From Bacteroidales bacterium (GTDB lineage: Bacteria > Bacteroidota > Bacteroidia > Bacteroidales > FEN-979): a stretch of 64,000 bases of DNA. Shown here one piece after another: positions 60,701 to 64,000 of the stretch (positions are counted from its first letter, which is position 1; each line of letters starts with the position of its first letter). Location: the NCBI GenBank assembly GCA_014860625.1, contig JACZJJ010000022.1, forward strand, positions 11,887 to 75,886, given 5' to 3'. A model generated the notes under the pieces. That model saw only the letters and a program-made list of their open reading frames with translations. It was not told the DNA's origin and made no database searches. The translations under genes and the position numbers were made by a program.

Positions 60701-60842
60701 CTTTTCCGTGGTTCCTGTCAGCCAGGAAGCCGGGAAACAGGTGATCAACCTGGCCGGTAATCCTTCCGGGATCTATTACGTCACAGTAAAATTCGGGTCA
60801 GGAAAAGAAGGCCATGCCAAACTTGTTCTCCTGAACGATTGA
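57792..60842 (+). CDS. GH81 endo-beta-1,3-glucanase with T9SS CTD
   Basis: DFGNSVYTDHHFHYGY, NQESTSE; VFPNPS CTD; TACCTTTG at 57733-57740 supports start 57792. Confidence 0.88.
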   Translation: MKIFTRFLVITILIAGFLPATYSQSWSYGAPLDTVAPASIFTRAECSVPRSYLLDSLQSPYPTTSWFKCLFLSRYEEATQNYPDSMAGWSPIFTYPYAVGLGTMPVPGYVNYKDAHNRFAAGYRPWATTVSTGGFPGANSVTYSAGFDWYFGVADPSGTPDNMDLKPFIKSYDDLSVTLRYRPATGGTGYMEAPLVKGMPYVTVKYSGMIPFFASQARTLAAYSTDGTNFITLPNPNPVTVTSNRLVLKLNGDGGAGKYIYWVLYLSDPVEVKIYFDYGNSHTGSPYQAAIFFSAPYNGYLRTAYLAAVNGTNPVYDDTQNMVAKLNVLNQYAKCYPMGGTFAATIDNNSDIAQVKFNWATNIPSSDSLLMFALPHHLDILAPGTKKDTELTQYQVIKGKLTGIIGKTWNMNEPLVKTGWQSPTHNLAGNTLKKYRDILYKTLVGDKDTIAGATARPAGYLNQTATSTYFGGKQLAKKGRLAVIADEMQQWYPAGPVAKSIRDSLKTEMNRWMDAQDQLLCPGWQPNFFRYDTVYGGMINSLDLGHVGADFGNSVYTDHHFHYGYFLYAAAALAKGDPAWGTAYRSKILLLARDIANPSSQDKYFVRQRNKDWYDGHCWAQGLADAAGVGNNQESTSESVNAWYGMYLLGIALGDKNLENTGLLYLSTEIQSAQKYWQIGPVSEYPHQYTDLYKVVGNMYETSINSLVAFGGVGDPRMVYGVQQIPTTPVNNDFLYEPWSDTLFNFYYKGSKMYNDPSVSVDSADLPWASVNLASIGISKPGHAYAYYTKYMRNYTYYGAPDDPRTLAIKNFDDGESKTNVLYNALVNAPSTVNRSKFMLDVSITVIAQDTLGNCQGEVLVDVLNGGQADPPFHYFWLFDGNEEEEYHNEAQINGLCAGRHLLEVIDGEFNIGYAAVTVENLLSVKENDREETLKVFPNPSSEGKFTVSWNTAGNGVEEMQVYSASGRNIFSVVPVSQEAGKQVINLAGNPSGIYYVTVKFGSGKEGHAKLVLLND

Positions 60843-60964
60843 TGTTATAAATAAAAGTTATCTGAGTAGTCTGTTTCACATTGGACCATACTGCTATGTC
60901 CAGGCAGGAGCCTGAAAGCAGGGGGGATCCATCAGCTCCGGTCCTTAAACCGTGACTCTGTTTT

Positions 60965-62023
60965 TTACCGTGCAGGAAAAATAAGGGTCGGTATTTCCTG
61001 AGATGTACCTGTATCGGAAAGTGTGAACAGGAAAAGGATGGTTGTAAAAGTACGTTTGGACTTCCAGTCGTCGTTGGCAATCCAGAACCACTCTCCCTGG
61101 TACGGCACTGCTACAAATGCGTCGGCTGGACATGCGGATCCACTGTAAACGTGCATAAGGAGCGATTCAGGCGCGATTTCCACAGCCAGGGGTGGGGTAA
61201 GGTGTCGGTTAACGTGCGAGGGAGGCAGGTCTATCCCAATTCCTACGGCGGTCATGATTTGGATCAGAGAACGGGGATCAACGCTGAGTTCGCCGGTGTC
61301 CCCCTGCAATGGGGAAGAGACCAGAGTGAATGTTGACCGGGTTCCGATCAGGCCAAGCATTCCTCTCGTTTCCCCGATCTTTGCTTGTATTTCCGGCTTA
61401 ACCATTTCACCAGAAAAGAAAAAACCGATGGTTGGAGTCCCCTCAATCGTACGGTTCACTTGTAATCCGATTGACCCGGCATCCTGGATCTCCCGCAGCA
61501 ACGACAGAATCTTATAAAACGCCGGATCTGCAGTACGCTGCGACATATCGCGCGAGGATTGGTTATGAATGCCATTTAACGACTCCAGGCAGAGTTGGAG
61601 GATAAAGTCGACCGGATAACCTGCCTGTACCATGGCAAAGATCCTTGCCGGATCAATCGGATTCAAAAATGTTTTCAGAAATTTCTCTCCTGTCAGAGGG
61701 ATAAAGGTAATGGTCGGGTTATCCGAATACATGATGGTGTTCCCTACTCCATAGGCGCTTACGCCAATATTCCCGGAGGTTTGGAACGAATAATTACTGA
61801 CCATCTGTCCGACCGACAGAAAGGTGGGAGGCTCAAGATACCTTACCTTGATGATGTTCAGCAGCATCATCTTTTTCCAGGATTCTCCAAGGGCAGAGCT
61901 GTAATCGATCCGATTGGCGGTAAGTTCTTTCGGCCCGATCGACTTGCATCCCGTGAAAATCAACACACCCAGGAAAAATACTGATGCCACTTTCAACAAC
62001 GAATCACCGAATTTGCGCCACAT
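60965..62023 (-). CDS. Uncharacterised lipoprotein
   Basis: Lipobox FTGC; LLNIIKVRY, WFWIANDD; 352 aa. Confidence 0.7.
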   Translation of the reverse strand: MWRKFGDSLLKVASVFFLGVLIFTGCKSIGPKELTANRIDYSSALGESWKKMMLLNIIKVRYLEPPTFLSVGQMVSNYSFQTSGNIGVSAYGVGNTIMYSDNPTITFIPLTGEKFLKTFLNPIDPARIFAMVQAGYPVDFILQLCLESLNGIHNQSSRDMSQRTADPAFYKILSLLREIQDAGSIGLQVNRTIEGTPTIGFFFSGEMVKPEIQAKIGETRGMLGLIGTRSTFTLVSSPLQGDTGELSVDPRSLIQIMTAVGIGIDLPPSHVNRHLTPPLAVEIAPESLLMHVYSGSACPADAFVAVPYQGEWFWIANDDWKSKRTFTTILFLFTLSDTGTSQEIPTLIFPAR

Positions 62024-62048
62024 AGATAATCAGTTAAAAGCACGCATG

Positions 62049-63176
62049 TCAATGGCCTGATTGTCCGCTTGTCAGCAGGCAATAATAGGGGTAAATGGAA
62101 TGGTTTTCCCACACGTTAAAGGGCTCGGGATTTACAGGGAATTTCGCGAAATAAGATGAATCCGGTATCAACGGAATGGTAATACCCATTCGCACAAAAT
62201 CGTAGGATTTCATTGTTTCCGGCTCAACGAATTGCGGCAAAGCCTCGTGAATCTTTGGAGAAACGATCTCCCTTACGACATTGAGCAAGAATTCTACTGT
62301 TCCCGGAATCAGCTTGGAGTATTGTTCAAAACCAGCGTCGAACTTGGGGCCGGGAGGGTAATGACTCATGATGAAAAAAGCATGGATATCGGTGTATGGA
62401 CTTAAAGGTGGTTCGTCGGTTGAGTTTTGTACAGTGGGCGGCACCGTGGGGACCCAGTCAACGACATTCTGGATGGAAAACGCCCTCCCTCCGCTGGTCA
62501 GGTTTTCGTAGTCATAGGCATACCAAAGGTTCCCCGATTTCATATTGGCAACGCAGTAGGTCTTGAATCGAATGTCTGAGGGTAGTTTTCCATCTTTCTG
62601 CAAGTAGAGCAGATAAGAGGTGGCGAGATTGGCAAGACCGCTTCCCTGGCTGTGCCCCAGGATGTAAAAATCACGGATCCCGTCCTGGTACAGAAGGTCG
62701 ATCTGACTGAGGATGTCCGTTGCCATGCAGCCCAACCCGAGCAGCAGTCCGAGATGTACTCCGGCGCCTTGTATTTCTGCCAGTTTATATTCAAAGGTAT
62801 TTGAATCTGAGATTTTCACCGTGCCGGACGCAGGAACCATGAGGGTATAAAACGCTGCGGCAAAACTCATTCCTGCAGGGTCAAGAATGGTCCCCCGGAT
62901 GCTGATCAACCCCTTCCCGTCGTCGGATTGCCAGATATCAAAACGGTTCTTCAGAGGGCTTTCGGGCGACCGGTATTTCATGGTGTAATGAACCGGGGCC
63001 GGTGTTTTAAAATTGCCCAGATCGGTTGAATCATAGGTCCGTTCGATGACAGGCAGCAACGAGATCAGTTCTGTTTTATCATACCCGGGCACAAGGGAAA
63101 CGCTCTTGGGCTGTTGACAGGAGTAGAGTATAAACAGGCTAAACAAAGCCTGAGAAAGAATGAGATACTTTTTCAT
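62049..63176 (-). CDS. Class 3 lipase-like lipoprotein
   Basis: Lipobox LYSC, ISIRGT, GHSQG, DWVP, ENH. Confidence 0.8.
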   Translation of the reverse strand: MKKYLILSQALFSLFILYSCQQPKSVSLVPGYDKTELISLLPVIERTYDSTDLGNFKTPAPVHYTMKYRSPESPLKNRFDIWQSDDGKGLISIRGTILDPAGMSFAAAFYTLMVPASGTVKISDSNTFEYKLAEIQGAGVHLGLLLGLGCMATDILSQIDLLYQDGIRDFYILGHSQGSGLANLATSYLLYLQKDGKLPSDIRFKTYCVANMKSGNLWYAYDYENLTSGGRAFSIQNVVDWVPTVPPTVQNSTDEPPLSPYTDIHAFFIMSHYPPGPKFDAGFEQYSKLIPGTVEFLLNVVREIVSPKIHEALPQFVEPETMKSYDFVRMGITIPLIPDSSYFAKFPVNPEPFNVWENHSIYPYYCLLTSGQSGH

Positions 63177-63337
63177 AAAATCAGGGATTTAAGATCCAAA
63201 GATAATCGGATTATCCATCAATAATAACGGATGTGAAAAATAATTTCTGGGGTGCTTTTCCTTAAGGATTAGTCTGATTTACAAGTACATGAACTTTTAA
63301 TGTACCGTTGTTCCGGTAGAACATTGGCCATATGAGG

Positions 63338-63552
63338 TCATCCCGGCTGAATAAAAAGCAATCCGATATAAACAGTCAATAACAGAATAAAGGATAACGC
63401 CAGGGGTTACTGCAGCCGTTTTGAACCATTGAACAGACCGACCAGTGAAAGAATGACGAATAGAACACGGATCCAGCCATATCTGTATCAGGCTTAACTT
63501 CAGGAAGCAGTAAATAGCTTGACATGGATGCCATAAGTAAAATACCCACCAT
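63338..63552 (-). pseudogene. Possible degraded membrane-protein remnant
   Basis: Hydrophobic segments split by a frameshift and an in-frame stop. Confidence 0.25.
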
Positions 63553-63563
63553 TAAACTTTTTC

Positions 63564-64000
63564 TTAGTCTTTAGCCTTTCGCAGCTTACTATGCCTCACT
63601 CCAAAGGTAAAATAAATCGCCAGTCCAATCAACAGCCAGATGCCAAACCGAAACCAGTTGGTGGTGCCAAGTTGAGCCATCAGGTAAAGATTGGTCAGCA
63701 ACCCAAGAACAGGGATCAGCGACCATTGTTTCCAGATGCCAAAGGCCGTGATGATGATGGCGATAACGATGAAAAGCAGGATAGGGATTTCGTGATAGGT
63801 CAGATCCCGGATCCCGGATCCCGGATCCCGGATCAGTGAAGGATCAACATAAAAAAGTAAGATCCCGATTCCCACCCAGATCACAGGAAGAAAATAGCGT
63901 GTATTCAGATAAGGGATGTGAAACTCTTTCTTGTCGGGAGGTGCAATGCGCCCTTTGCCTCGCTCGTCGAGAACCAGCACACCGCCCGAAACCAGGACAA
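63564..64000 (-). CDS. C-terminus of an APC-family amino acid permease (partial)
   Basis: SLIPVLGLLTNLYLM, WFRFGIWLLIGLAIYFTFG..HSKL. Confidence 0.8.
   Translation of the reverse strand, partial: VLVSGGVLVLDERGKGRIAPPDKKEFHIPYLNTRYFLPVIWVGIGILLFYVDPSLIRDPGSGIRDLTYHEIPILLFIVIAIIITAFGIWKQWSLIPVLGLLTNLYLMAQLGTTNWFRFGIWLLIGLAIYFTFGVRHSKLRKAKD
63803..63834 (-). repeat. In-frame perfect heptamer array (GATCCCG)x4+
   Basis: Encodes IRDPGSGIRD in a loop between TM helices. Confidence 0.9.

Noticed and set aside
1-64000. IS, prophage, DGR or retron, tRNA, rRNA
   Set aside because: No transposase, integrase, reverse transcriptase or phage gene, and no structural RNA signature seen by eye.

Overview
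Bacteroidota (Bacteroidales-like) chromosomal segment, judged from TAnnTTTG promoters, T9SS C-terminal domains and an ECF/FecR/TonB locus. About 45 CDS: a suf cluster (sufS, sufE, sufT) interrupted by a GH13 gene and pspC; dxs, rbfA, msbA-like and lolC/E-like genes; five large T9SS cargo proteins (a papain-like C1 protease, a tandem Kgp-like plus Rgp-like gingipain pair, an adhesin-like protein, a GH81 glucanase); an Omp28/DUF6029/TlpA operon; LOG, a P-loop kinase and a dCMP deaminase split by a SulP gene; and two ECF sigma loci whose promoters can be read from the sequence. No rRNA, tRNA, CRISPR array or transposase was seen. The main unexplained signal is about 20 short tandem arrays of strict 7-bp period (some 8 or 9 bp) but many different unit sequences. 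They fill gene junctions, sit in frame inside at least four proteins, share identical blocks between distant loci, and host small hairpin elements inserted with an apparent AA duplication. All calls come from reading motifs by eye; no database search was run.
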